From the NCBI GenBank assembly GCA_002633005.1, contig NMRA01000227.1, positions 179,863 to 243,862 of the forward strand: DNA of 64,000 nucleotides, read 5' to 3'. Positions 39,608-51,400 of the stretch are shown here, in pieces. Position numbers and translations under genes: made by a program. Positions within the stretch are counted from its first letter, which is position 1, and each line of letters begins with the position of its first letter. The notes under the pieces were generated by a model that saw nothing but the letters and a program-made list of their open reading frames with translations, made no database searches and was not told where the DNA came from. The stretch is from Phoronis australis. Its lineage: Eukaryota; Animalia; Phoronida.

Positions 39608-42240
39608 GGAGTCGCTGGTTGTGGCTTGACGGACTGCATCCCATGTGACACAATGGAGCGATTCCCTGGTAGAGACAGGTGCAATATCGTCCGGGAGATG
39701 TAATTTCTCAGGAGCGCCGTGTGGGTGCCTGGAGAGCGCGTCGGCTGCTCTGTGTTTATCCCGGGGATGTGAACCACCGTGAAACGGTAGCGTAATGTTT
39801 TCTCCTTAAGATTTCGCAGTCTGGAGTTGGGTAGGTCGTCAAGGCTGCGATCGGAGAGAACTTTTAAGAGTGGTTTGTGGTCGACGGCGACCAGCAATTG
39901 CTCACAGCCGAGTACAAAGTAGCGGGTTTTGTCCAGTGCGTCTGCCACGGCGAGAGCCTCCCCTTCGATGGGTGCGTAACGAGATTGTGCAGGGTGGGTG
40001 AATCTGCTGCCGACCAAAGTTACTCGCCAGCCACCGTTGCAACAAAATGGCTTGATGGGGCGGCAATGACAATGTTTCTGCAGGAGCCAGAAGCCAATGC
40101 CATGCTTCGACCAATCTGTTGCGAGGCACGTGGGACGCGTCTTGTCATATATCTGCACACCTTGTGTGATCTCGTTGACAATGATCTGCTTCGATTCGTC
40201 AAAAAGCCGGTCCAATTCCTCGTTCCATTTGAATGGCACGTCTGCCTTGAGGAGGCTGCGAAAAGGTTGCATTCTATCAGCCATGCTGAAGGCGTATGAA
40301 ACTTGGTTTAGGAGGCCGAACCACGACCGCATGTCTGTTATATTGGTGGGTGTTGGAAATTTCAGAATGGAGTCTAAAAAGTGTCGGCTGGGGCGTACGG
40401 TCTCGTGTGTTATCTCAAAGCCCGCAAAATCTACCTCATCGCAGCCAAACACAAATTTTTCGGGGTTCAGAATGATACCGTTACGACCGCAGATGTAAAG
40501 CCAGCGGCAAGCCTGGAAAAAGCTTTCAGCGAGGTTGTCAGCCCACAGGAGAGTATCGTCAATACACTTAGTCTTGTTGGGTATGTCACTCACTAACTCG
40601 TCAAAACGGCGGGTGTACGCGTCTCCTGAAGCGATGTAGCCTTGGGGCGCCCTACAGTATCTGTAGCGGCCCCAGGGGTTAATGAAGGTTGTGAGATGAC
40701 GATCATCGGGGTGTATTGGGACGGAGTGGTAACCGTTCCAAGCGTCAAATATTGTTTTCTTTTTGCCCGGAGGAACTGAGCGTGCTTGGAGGAATGGGGA
40801 TTGCGTATGGTGGGTTTCACGACTTGCGTGGGCGTTCAACGGCTGAAGATCAACCGTGCGGCGTGGCTTGCCATTCTTTTTGGCACAGATGACCATTCTG
40901 TGGCACCAAGTGACTGGTTCTCCGACAGGCACGGGCTCTATCACCTTGAGACGGACATCTTGGTCGAGCCCGGCTTTGACGGCGTCCCGCCAGTGGAGAG
41001 GCACTGGGATAGGTGTATGGTACGCAACCGGTTTTGCCGTAGGATCAACATTCAAGCGCATTGGAGGCCCAGTCATGGTGGGCAGGGGTTGATGTTCACA
41101 TGTATTGAATGTGCTGGAGCCGTATAGGTCTAAGATGTATTGCTGGAGTTTCTCGCGGTTTTCTGTTGTGGCCGGGAAGGGTAGCTCTTTCGGGACTGGT
41201 GGTGGGGCCTCGCGCTTACGGCATTGGCATGTGTGCTGCTGCGGAGCCTGCACGTTTGTGTCAGGGTCAGGGGACATGATGCCGTTCTGAGCGACTGTCA
41301 GCGTGACGGACTCACCAATTGTGGGGAAGTCCGGCGATATTATGCCAAGGTTGGTACATACCTCTCGGCTGAGGAACACTTTTCTGGTTGTGTCAGTTAT
41401 GTACACTATGGCTTTCGTGTGCATCGGTTTCTGCGATGGTCCGCGACCAGAAAAGCGGAGTAGAGTGGCACCAAGGATGTTAATGTCGCCGTTGTTGGCC
41501 GCGTGCATCTTCATGGTGACATGGAGTAGGTCACGCTGGGAGAGACCTAGTTGTTGAAGCGTGTTGAGGCCGGCGAGGCAGCTCTGGCAGCCTGTGTCTG
41601 CCAGGCAGTGTATAACGACTGGGGTGGCCTTAGTGCAGTGTGAAGTAGGGAAGCCAAGTTGTTCGAAGTCGCTGTTGTCAGCCAAGGTAACTGAGAGTTG
41701 TACCGTGGGTTGCGGTTTCGATGCTTGGCGTCGCCATGTGTCGTTAAGACTATCGTACAGGTAATGGTCGAGTTGTATCATTGTGTGTGACTGTGTATTA
41801 CCTGTCATGTGGCAGAACACTCCACAGAGTTGGTCAAAGACTGCACTCTCATTGTTGGGAGGGGGCTTGACTTTGGGGTTGTCCTTACTCCGACATACGG
41901 ATTCGAAGTGGTGGGGTCTGTTGCAAGACAGGCAGGTGTGCCCGTAGGCGGGACAGTTCTGTCGACGGGCTTGTGCAGGGGCACTACGACCATGCCCTGT
42001 TTGACCACAGTAGGTGCAATTTGTGCTTTTGTGGGATGTCGTATCTCTTTTGTTGCAGCGGTATGAGCTGGTGGCATCTGTTTGGACGACTGGGGGGTCT
42101 AGTAGACGTGAGGCAGACCGTTTGCCAGATTCTTTGGCTTCGACAAACTGGAACACTTGCTCAAGAGACATGTCCTGGTTTTTGTCACCGAGGAGATCCA
42201 GCTGAATCTCTGGGTCGGCTAAACCCCTTATGAGAACATC
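39604..42240 (-). CDS. Gypsy gag-pol: Gag zinc knuckles, aspartic protease, RT, RNase H (frameshift near 39757)
   Basis: CTYCG..H..C and CLSCNRPHHFESVC knuckles; LADTGCQS protease; RT RYCRAPQG..CIDDTLLW; RNase H LATDWS..YAPIEGEALA..DHKPL. The expected KHRAADALSR after VHIPGI is in a shifted frame. Confidence 0.9.
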   Translation of the reverse strand, partial: DVLIRGLADPEIQLDLLGDKNQDMSLEQVFQFVEAKESGKRSASRLLDPPVVQTDATSSYRCNKRDTTSHKSTNCTYCGQTGHGRSAPAQARRQNCPAYGHTCLSCNRPHHFESVCRSKDNPKVKPPPNNESAVFDQLCGVFCHMTGNTQSHTMIQLDHYLYDSLNDTWRRQASKPQPTVQLSVTLADNSDFEQLGFPTSHCTKATPVVIHCLADTGCQSCLAGLNTLQQLGLSQRDLLHVTMKMHAANNGDINILGATLLRFSGRGPSQKPMHTKAIVYITDTTRKVFLSREVCTNLGIISPDFPTIGESVTLTVAQNGIMSPDPDTNVQAPQQHTCQCRKREAPPPVPKELPFPATTENREKLQQYILDLYGSSTFNTCEHQPLPTMTGPPMRLNVDPTAKPVAYHTPIPVPLHWRDAVKAGLDQDVRLKVIEPVPVGEPVTWCHRMVICAKKNGKPRRTVDLQPLNAHASRETHHTQSPFLQARSVPPGKKKTIFDAWNGYHSVPIHPDDRHLTTFINPWGRYRYCRAPQGYIASGDAYTRRFDELVSDIPNKTKCIDDTLLWADNLAESFFQACRWLYICGRNGIILNPEKFVFGCDEVDFAGFEITHETVRPSRHFLDSILKFPTPTNITDMRSWFGLLNQVSYAFSMADRMQPFRSLLKADVPFKWNEELDRLFDESKQIIVNEITQGVQIYDKTRPTCLATDWSKHGIGFWLLQKHCHCRPIKPFCCNGGWRVTLVGSRFTHPAQSRYAPIEGEALAVADALDKTRYFVLGCEQLLVAVDHKPLLKVLSDRSLDDLPNSRLRNLKEKTLRYRFTVVHIPGINTEQPTRSPGTHTALLRNYISRTILHLSLPGNRSIVSHGMQSVKPQPATP

Positions 42241-42661
42241 NNNNNNNNNNNNNNNNNNNNNNNNNNNNNNNNNNNNNNNNNNNNNNNNNNNNNNNNNNNN
42301 NNNNNNNNNNNNNNNNNNNNNNNNNNNNNNNNNNNNNNNNNNNNNNNNNNNNNNNNNNNNNNNNNNNNNNNNNNNNNNNNNNNNNNNNNNNNNNNNNNNN
42401 NNNNNNNNNNNNNNNNNNNNNNNNNNNNNNNNNNNNNNNNNNNNNNNNNNNNNNNNNNNNNNNNNNNNNNNNNNNNNNNNNNNNNNNNNNNNNNNNNNNN
42501 NNNNNNNNNNNNNNNNNNNNNNNNNNNNNNNNNNNNNNNNNNNNNNNNNNNNNNNNNNNNNNNNNNNNNNNNNNNNNNNNNNNNNNNNNNNNNNNNNNNN
42601 NNNNNNNNNNNNNNNNNNNNNNNNNNNNNNNNNNNNNNNNNNNNNNNNNNNNNNNNNNNNN
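42241..42661. other. Assembly gap (421 N)
   Basis: N run. Confidence 1.
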
Positions 42662-42981
42662 TAGATAAGTATTTGAACTTTTTCGAGCTTTATTTCAACG
42701 ATTCAGTGCGTCTTGGAATGAAGACGATCTACAACAAAGAGAAGGATAGCCTTCACTAAAATGCGAGGAAAATGAACGTAAAATTAATAGGCATTAATCG
42801 CTGCAACGTAGTGAAAATGCTGCTAAAACACTTAAATCTTATATCTAGCTTATACCTCTAAAAATGTCCATACAATGTCCAGAGAGAGAGAATGCTTTAA
42901 TTTAGCGAGACTCGTTAGTCATGGAATCCACTTCCTGTCCGTGACTAGTGACCTCTATTGGGTAAAGGTGAATATTCTATA
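42662..42981 (-). repeat. 5' LTR (320 bp visible, abuts gap)
   Basis: Direct repeat of 37342-37661 with 6 substitutions plus a 39-bp complemented tract. Confidence 0.88.
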
Positions 42982-43209
42982 TTTTTATTCTTCAATGTTA
43001 AATTTTTGTAAGCGGACAAATGGTTTTTAAATTTCCGCCTGAAGTCCTAACATTTCCAAACTTAAGCCATTCAAACGAACGTTTATGACGAAAACAAAAT
43101 TCTTCAACCAGTTTTGTTAAATCCTATGCCACCTGTAGGGTACGTAATGAGCCAATCCCACTCATAATGTAACATAAAGGATACTAAGTATTGCCCTTCT
43201 GAAATATTA

Positions 43210-43460
43210 CCTTATTCGCCCTAATAAGCAGCCAGGGTGCTTAGAAAAATCCGCCTCAGGAAGGGGGCGCTTATAGCCCAAAAGTGGTTGAAACTCGGTC
43301 TCTGAAACAGGTGAAATCGTAAGCTAGAATTCATCAAATTTACGCTCTGTGATGCATCTGTAACCTATGACAGAGTTTCTACAAAACTGCAGTGCATTGC
43401 TATCAAACTTTGTCAACTTACGAGCATTTTTCAGAAAATCCCACTGCCAAAAATTGCCGT
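43210..43460 (+). mobile_element. Truncated copy of the 5543-6939 mariner/pogo-type element (left end)
   Basis: Homologous to 5543-5800 (e.g. AAGCTAGAATTCATCAAATTTACGCTCTGTGA). Confidence 0.75.
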
Positions 43461-44078
43461 GAATCAGGTTTCAAGTCCTCACCTTGGTTTAACTATGTAT
43501 TAATAAACCATAAAAATGGTTCCAAGTGATCAGTGCAATGCCTGCGCACGTCTAATAAATGTGTATCATACAGCTCCTGATTTAAACAAAGGTCGGGGTT
43601 TTTTAATTTTGGTCCCGTAAAAATTATAACAACAGAGACCTGGAAATCCAGCGAAACACTTATACCGTACAAATCTGACAATCCCTATTCTCAGAAAAAT
43701 TGAGCACCCGGCAAAAGATACTAATGATGAAATTCTGGTGATGATAATCACCCACTTTGTTTATTTACTTCACCTCAATTTGAAATACTTGGTAAAATGA
43801 AGCCCATTTGAGTAAGCATCATGTGGGTCCCAATGCCAACCCAATATATGATAGAACCCAACAAGCTGAAGTTGCAGTCAAATCAGGATGGGCACAAATA
43901 AGGAAATTTACTGTATCAACAGATTGGCCAAATAAGAATAAGATACAAAGTGTTGCTACAGTGCACACCAGATACTTGGTCTTGGTCTATTATTTTCCCG
44001 CCTTACATGCATGAACCAATCAGATCACCAATGGCGCAAAGTTTTCGAAAACAGCTCGATTTTTAGGGAGTCCTGTTA

Positions 44079-44869
44079 GGGCTGTTCCAGCAAAATCTGT
44101 ATGGGAAGGGGGGAAGGCACTTTTATTTCGTACCCACCGCCCATATTTTTCATTTACTTCTCCAACCCATGACCCATAATTTTTAAATTATTTTTAATAG
44201 GTTAAAATATAAAATCCAACACTTGCCTCCAGGAGGACCTGTTAAGAACTTAGATGATTGACAGACAAGAACTAGTTGTCCAATATTGTCAAAAACTAAA
44301 GTAGCCTGTGAGCAATACTTTTGGCAGCCACCAGGTGTCTCTGTTCACCATGTGTCTATAATTTCAATGAATTTTTTTTCAGTTATAAGGATCTATGAAT
44401 CTCAAACAGTCTCCACAAACTCTTTTATACTTCTATGTCAAGTGAATATTGGAACTTGTTTATCTTACTCCTCATACTTTATATTTAAAAATCATCAATT
44501 TTCTTATATGTGTTAACACCAGTTTAGTGTTGCATAACTTTTCAATTCAATAGGACTGCAGACAAACAGTTGGCTCAAATGAAGTTGCCCATGACTTGAT
44601 TAATGGCTTAGTGAACATATTACACTCTGATCACTGGAAATATGGGCTTTTTGTATTGGGATAAGTTAGGATATATGCCAATTGCATTTTTTTTTAGGCT
44701 GAAGTAACCAACATTAACAGGTCAAAAAATATCACCCATTTTTAATGCATCTCTTCTTACAGGAACGACCACCCATAATTTGAGTTTTTTTTCTGAAGAC
44801 CACCACCCATGAATTTTTATTTCTACTGCTGTCCCCCCCCCTCCCACATGGATTTTACTGGAACAGCCC
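44079..44869. mobile_element. PIF/Harbinger-type MITE, 791 bp, TTA TSD
   Basis: TTA|GGGCTGTTCCAGCAAAATC ... GATTTTACTGGAACAGCCC|TTA. Confidence 0.85.
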
Positions 44870-47160
44870 TTACTGTTCTATTTATTTTCAAAACGTTATT
44901 GTATTACATTTAATTTATTTTCTGTTCAACTCAATGAAGCCACCTAATATGAATGCATTCAACACAATTAATGCATTGTAAAAACCCAAAGTTATGCTCT
45001 ATCAACGTTAGACAAAATCAGTACACCCCTTTCTTAAAAAATGGGTTAAAAGTTAGAAACAAAGGATGCAAGTTTCCATCACTTGTAACATTGATTTTCG
45101 ACATTGATGTTGGGGAGGATCATTAGTCTGGCGACAGCAACACGGAATCATACGAAGGCTATGATTTTCAAAATTTGATTCGTTTTCGTTGTGTGTCTTT
45201 TTTCCCTATGGTTCAGGGTTACTTCTGAATCCAGGAACAAGAACTGAAAGAGGCAGGGTTCGTGATAACGTTGGAGAACGGTAACATTTATGTAAGGTGT
45301 TACAACTGTCATGGATATTGTCATCTCCTCTGTTTTCATCCAACCTTCCCAGATGAAAACTTGAATGAAGAGGACCTTCAGTACTTGAGTGAGCATGGTA
45401 TACTGTGTGATTTATGTTGAATTATTCAATGGTTCTTTTAAGAGCCATTTCACGCTATACCTACAACCAACGGCCCTTTTAAGGGCCACTCAACACTTCC
45501 CAGAAGAACTGCTCACTTGAGAATATTGAATTATAAACATGCAAAGGTTAAAATAGTCAAATCGTTGCAGAGCCGCATTTTTTAATTCGAACAAAATTGA
45601 TATTTTTCTAAACCAAAAAGGTTATTTAAGTATCTTTTGCATCCACAGGGTACTCCTTGGAATTTGTGCACAAACATGCTTTCGTAGTTTTCTCAGTAGG
45701 CCTATGTGAACCATAAATTACAAACTGTCCGATAACTATGCTGCTATGCTATTGGGCAAGCAGACGACATAATCAGTCGGCACCGAAGTTTGAATTTTGT
45801 AATTAATTACCAGTACATTGGCAAAAGTACTCACTATTAGACCAACACTTCTACTATTGAAAGACTTTGAACAGCGTTTCAATGTCAAAATTAATATTTT
45901 TTTCGTTGTACTGGACTGTAATTTAGATGCAAATATTTCTCGTCAAAATACACTAACCGGAAACTGCACCAGAAAATTTAGGAGAGTGGCGGCGCTTCTT
46001 GGCTAGCACGGAAGAAAATGTCGGAGTTGCGAATCTGTTGTCTGTAATATATGGTCACAGCCAAGCCACAGGCATGCAGTCGTTCGCGAAACATATAAAC
46101 GCACAGCCTGGGAGCCCTGCTGGGACTTGGCCTAGAGCTGTGGAGTTTATATAGTCCTGAATCGTATCCACCTTTGACGCAAAGTTGCACTAACTGTAAT
46201 AAAACATATGTTTCTTGTATGGACTTGGTTATGACTGAATCATTGGGAATTTCACCTCCCTCCGATTGCCTGCTCAACATTGTCATTGAGTGACCACCGT
46301 CTAGCCAACTAGAGACGGTGTAGCTCGATCCTGGGGGCTGGGGGGGGACTATAGTCCCCCACTTTTTTCAGTGCTGCGCTGCCCATATTATCCTATAGGA
46401 GCTTCATACGCTGGAAGCTTTTCGGCGCATGATGCCTCACATTGACTAAAACTCTTGCAATTCGAAGTGTGTTCAAATGAAAATGCCCAAAGGCAAAGTT
46501 TATAGTTCTAAATGTTTGAGAGACAAGATTTTTAAAAGAAGATCTTAAAGTACTTGCAATCACTCATTTCATATCAAAACACCAAAAAACAAATCAAATG
46601 GATGCCGGAAAGCAGTACAGTTACCGGCAGATAAGAATATAAAATAGTAAAAACAGTAAAAATAAAACGACGATTGTCGGTTCTACCATCATTAAAATAT
46701 TCCCCACGTTTCGAGCCGTCGAGAATTCTCGAAGTTNCTCCGATTGCCTGCTCAACATTGTCATTGAGTGACCACCGTCTAGCCAACTAGAGACGGTGTA
46801 GCTCGATCCTGGGTACTTGCAATCACTCATTTCATATCAAAACACCAAAAAACAAATCAAATGGATGCCGGAAAGCAGTACAGTTACCGGCAGATAAGAA
46901 TATAAAATAGTAAAAACAGTAGAAATAAAACGACGATTGTCGGTTCTACCATCATTAAAATATTCCCCACGTTTCGAGCCGTCGAGAATTCTCGAAGTTT
47001 TAATAATAAAAACTGAAACTCCTGACATAGATTCCCCCAAGATACTGGGTTCCATCGTACCTTGTTGTTATTTAAATAATGTACATATGTTGTAACACCT
47101 ATGTATTTTTATTAAATTTTACAACGCTTTCCATGACAATTCCTTCTGTAATTGTGCTCT

Positions 47161-48065
47161 TATATATATGATGATGTGGTGTCATCTCCTTAAAGGTCGA
47201 CTTGAAATGACCCGCCATTCTGCTCTGCTCTTTGCCTTTCTGGTACATTCTTGCAGTGATAGATTCGTCCAGTCCTTGGTGTCGTCCAGCCACATTCTGC
47301 GATGTCTACCTCTTACTCTCACCCCTTCTGTTTTTCCTTCCAGTATGTTCTTGCAGATGGTGTCATGCCTTTCAATGTGGCCAAAGTATGTCAGTTTTCT
47401 TGTTTGGGTTGTATTTAGGAGTGATGGTTTAATTTTGAACAAGTTACAAACATCTTCGTTGGTCTTTCTTTCTGTCCAGCTGTTTCTTGCCATCCGTCTG
47501 AATGTCCACATTTTAAAGGCCTCTATTTTTTTCTCCATGTTTTTATTCATTGTCCATGTCTCAGATCCGTAAAGCAGTACAGAATGTATGTAGCATCTCA
47601 CAAGTCATATTCTAAGAGCGAAGGAGATGTTCTTTGATGTTAGCACTCCTGCCCTAGAGATCAACCTTGATTTTGCCATTTCGATGCGTATTTATTTCTT
47701 CATTACTTCTGCCATCCTGTGTGACATGTTGACCTAGATATATAAAATGCCCCACTTGCTCCAGTCTCTTTTCATTCATCTCTGTGTTTGCCTTGAGACC
47801 ATCCTTTTTTGATATCACCATCACTTTTGGTTTCTTAATGTTCCTGTCCAGTCCATTTTTGCTGCTTTTGTTAATGACACTGACAAGTTGTTGCAGGTCC
47901 TGCTCATTATTGGCCATGAAAACTGTGTCATCTGCATATCTCAAATTATTTATATTTGTTATTGTAGGTCCTGCTCATTATTGGCCGGGAAAACTGTGTC
48001 TTCTGCATATCTCAAATTATTTATATTTGTTATTGTAGGTCCTGCTCATTATTGGCCGGGAAAAC
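47161..48065 (-). mobile_element. RTE-like LINE, 5'-truncated and degenerate
   Basis: RT motifs RYADDTVFMA, FIYLGQ, VLLYGSETW, RKLTYFGHIER, ILEGK..RGRHRRMWLDD; short (CAT)n-type tail; frameshifted. Confidence 0.85.
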
Positions 48066-48478
48066 NGACAATGTCCGAAATTCGAGGATCTTTGAAAAAC
48101 AGTTTTTGGACCTTGTACGAATTTCGTGGACTATGAAAAACTTATTTCGTAAATATTTATTCTTGGTCGAAAATGGCGGGCCGTCCGAAAATCACGCGAC
48201 TTTACCGTATCTATATATATTGTGATTTTTGTTTTCCTTATGGTTTATGTATGGAGACACTCTTAGGTTGGTCAAATAAAAAAATCAAGCCTGTTCAAGT
48301 GCATTATGTCAAATATCGTACATGACAGCCAAGAGTGCTCTGGAATGGCATGACAGTGTTTCAGCTAGGCGTGAGTTACATACGTCAAACATACATTTTA
48401 GCTTAGACTACCTGGCTGTGTGGCAGTGTTTCCCTCTAGCCTCAATTTCTATGTTTGAATTATTTATTTCAGCTTAGA

Positions 48479-51400
48479 ATGCCCGACCGTGTGGCAGTGT
48501 TTCAACTCGGCCTGCTATTGTTAGCTGTACCTCTTCAGTATTTCATCTCTCGTCATTACTCACATAGTCAAGCTGAAAGAAGTCAAACATTGAGGAAGTG
48601 AGTTACTATTGCGAAGGAAGTAAATCTGTTTCAGCTGAGAATGTAGATACTGATAAGCGATATGTAAAACAAAAAATTTGTGAGCGCTGTCCTGATTTAT
48701 TGAGAAGTACAGTACATGACAAAAGTAATCAGACAAAGTATTGCGTAGTAATGGCTAATTCTGTGAACGGCAAAAATTACTGCTAATAACTACTGTGGTG
48801 ACAAAATTCTACAAAATGGCTACCTTTAACATTCCTGTTAATTCCCTCCATTATCGATCATCGAGAAAAGACAACGAGTTCAGCTTCCGGCCAGCCATCA
48901 TGACGAGGAATTCCAAATCATTTTGTCTGAATACTTTTGACTTGTACTGTAGTTTACTGTAGTTTACTACCACTACATAATTAGTCTTCATTTGCTAGTC
49001 CTAAGTTTGACCTCCAGTTGGGACAGAAATCTTTTTGGACTTTACACATGTCATGTGGTTTGACCATGGAACTACACAAATGAAGACTAGTAAAGCTTAC
49101 TGTAAATATAATCATGTGGGTTCATTTTCACCTTATTCCATTATCTACTATTTACTCTTCAATGAATAGACTGTATTCATTATAACCACAATTTATGGTA
49201 GTAAGTCAGCTTTCTGTGGTGATGCCAGGTAAAGTGAGCTATATATTGTAGTGTTGTGATTAGATAGAACATGTGGAACATTGCATGGTGTTTCTAAATA
49301 TGCTGTCAAAGTGCAAAGGACTCGGCTTGTATTCTTTACCCAAGTTTTTAATATTTGACGGTTTTTTTTTCAGGCTGCTTAACGGAGTTGGAAATCTGAA
49401 AAAGAGTTATTTAACATGGGAATCGTGGGAGAAATGGTGCCGATCCATTCTGGGAAGTTTAGAAAAATATGGCAAGCGAGGTAGCAAAGGAAAGAGAGTT
49501 GTGGTGAACACTGATTCAGCTGGTGACCTGCAGGGGGAGTCGCCGGCTGTGGAGGTTATGAAGTATAATGACCCTAATGGATACTTTGCTGGTGATTGTT
49601 CTCTCTACTTAGTGTTGAATCGTGGAAGGGGTGTGGGAGAAAAATGTCCCAAGTTTTAAATGTGTTGCGTGTCTACTTTTTCTGTTATTCATTTCGTGCA
49701 CGTGCTGTTGAACAAAATGTGGCTTCTCGTACCTATTTTAGCCACCTCAGAGTCCTCTCATTAGGTGGAAATGACACAACAGGGGGACCTCAGATTTATT
49801 TGGAGACTTGGTAAAATTCCCAGGTCGCTATGAATTCGCCACGCCACTTCCAAGCATGTATTCAGAATACTGCAGGTAGTAAACAGGCTTAAGTCAGAAT
49901 TGTTGGGCAAAACTCGTAAGGGTCTGGTCACGTTCGTCTGCCTCAAGAGCTTTGTGCAGGCAGGATATTGGTCTCAAGAATGGGGAGCGCACGAGGCAAT
50001 CTTAACTTTCGGTTCAAGCAAAAAATCTGTTAAAAATCGCCATCCGGACAATCTCGGGTACTCCGGCAGACATTTGCTGAGCTTTCTGATTTTCCGCTAG
50101 AGGTTTCTAGTTTGTTTTATTTTCCACTCAGTGTCAATGAGCTTTGACAATCTCGGTTCCCATTAAGTGACCTGGGAATTTGCCAGGTTGCATTTGACAA
50201 GTTGACATTATGTCAAGTGTCAAGTCCTGCACGTGCTCTTGTGTTGNNNNNNNNNNNNNNNNNNNNNNNNNNNNNNNNNNNNNNNNNNNNNNNNNNNNNN
50301 NNNNNNNNNNNNNNNNNNNNNNNNNNNNNNNNNNNNNNNNNNNNNNNNNNNNNNNNNNNNNNNNNNNNNNNNNNNNNNNNNNNNNNNNNNNNNNNNNNNN
50401 NNNNNNNNNNNNNNNNNNNNNNNNNNNNNNNNNNNNNNNNNTATTGTAGTGTTGTGATTAGATAGAACATGTGGAACATTGCCTGGTGTTTCTAAATATG
50501 CTGTCAAAGTGCAAAGGACTCGGCTTGTATTCTTTACCCAAGTTTTTAATATTTGACGGGTTTTTTTTCAGGCTGCTTAACGGAGTTGGAAATCTGAAAA
50601 AGAGTTATTTAACATGGGAATCGTGGGAGAAATGGTGCCGATCCATTCTGGGAAGTTTAGAAAAATATGGCAAGCGAGGTAGCAAAGGAAAGAGAGTTGT
50701 GGTGAACACTGATTCAGCCGGTGACCTGCAGGGGGAGTCGCCGGCTGTGGAGGTTATGAAGTATAATGACCCTAATGGATACTTTGCTGGTGATTGTTCT
50801 CTCTGCTTAGTGTTGAATCGTGGAAGGGGTATGGGAGAAAAATGTCCCAAGTTTTAAATGTGTTGTGTGTCTACTTTTTCTGTTATTCAGTTCGTGCACG
50901 TGCTGTTGAACAAAATGTGGCTTCTCGTACCTATTTTAGCTCAGAGTCCTCTCATTAGTTGGAAATGACACAACAGGGGGACCTCAGATTTATTTGGAGA
51001 CTTGGTAAAATTCCCAGGTCGCTATGAATTCGCCACGCCATTTCCAAGCATGTATTCAGAATACTGCAGGAAGTAAACAGGCGGAAGTCAGAATTGTTTG
51101 GCAAAACTCGTAAGAGTCTGGTCACGTTCATCTGCCTCAAGAGCTTTGTGCAGGATATTGGGCTCAAGAATGGGGAGCGCACGAGGCAATCTTAATTTTC
51201 CGTTCAAGCAAAAAATCTGTTAAAAATCGGGTTCTCCGGCAGACATTTGCTGAGCTTTCTGATTTTCCGCTAGAGGTTTCTAGTTTGTTTTATTTTCCAC
51301 TCAGTGTCAATGAGCTTTGACAATCTCGGTTCCCATTAAGCGACCTGGGAATTTTCCAGGTTGCATTTGACAAGTTGACATTATGTCAAGTGTCAAGTCC

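Larger units (their letters stand above)
37342..42981 (-). mobile_element. Ty3/gypsy LTR retrotransposon (Mag-like), near full length
   Basis: 320-bp LTRs at 37342-37661 and 42662-42981; PPT CCTGGGGGAGA (minus strand, 37662-37672); candidate TSD TTTTT (37337-41, 42982-86); domain order gag-PR-RT-RH-IN. The PBS and gag N-terminus are hidden in the N-gap. Confidence 0.93.

Noticed and set aside
42230-42664. ORFs made of X residues (also 50202-50507)
   Set aside because: Artefacts of N-gaps.
46259-47000. Direct repeats around 46737
   Set aside because: Single-N join; the copies differ by presence or absence of a ~215-bp insert, consistent with two alleles.
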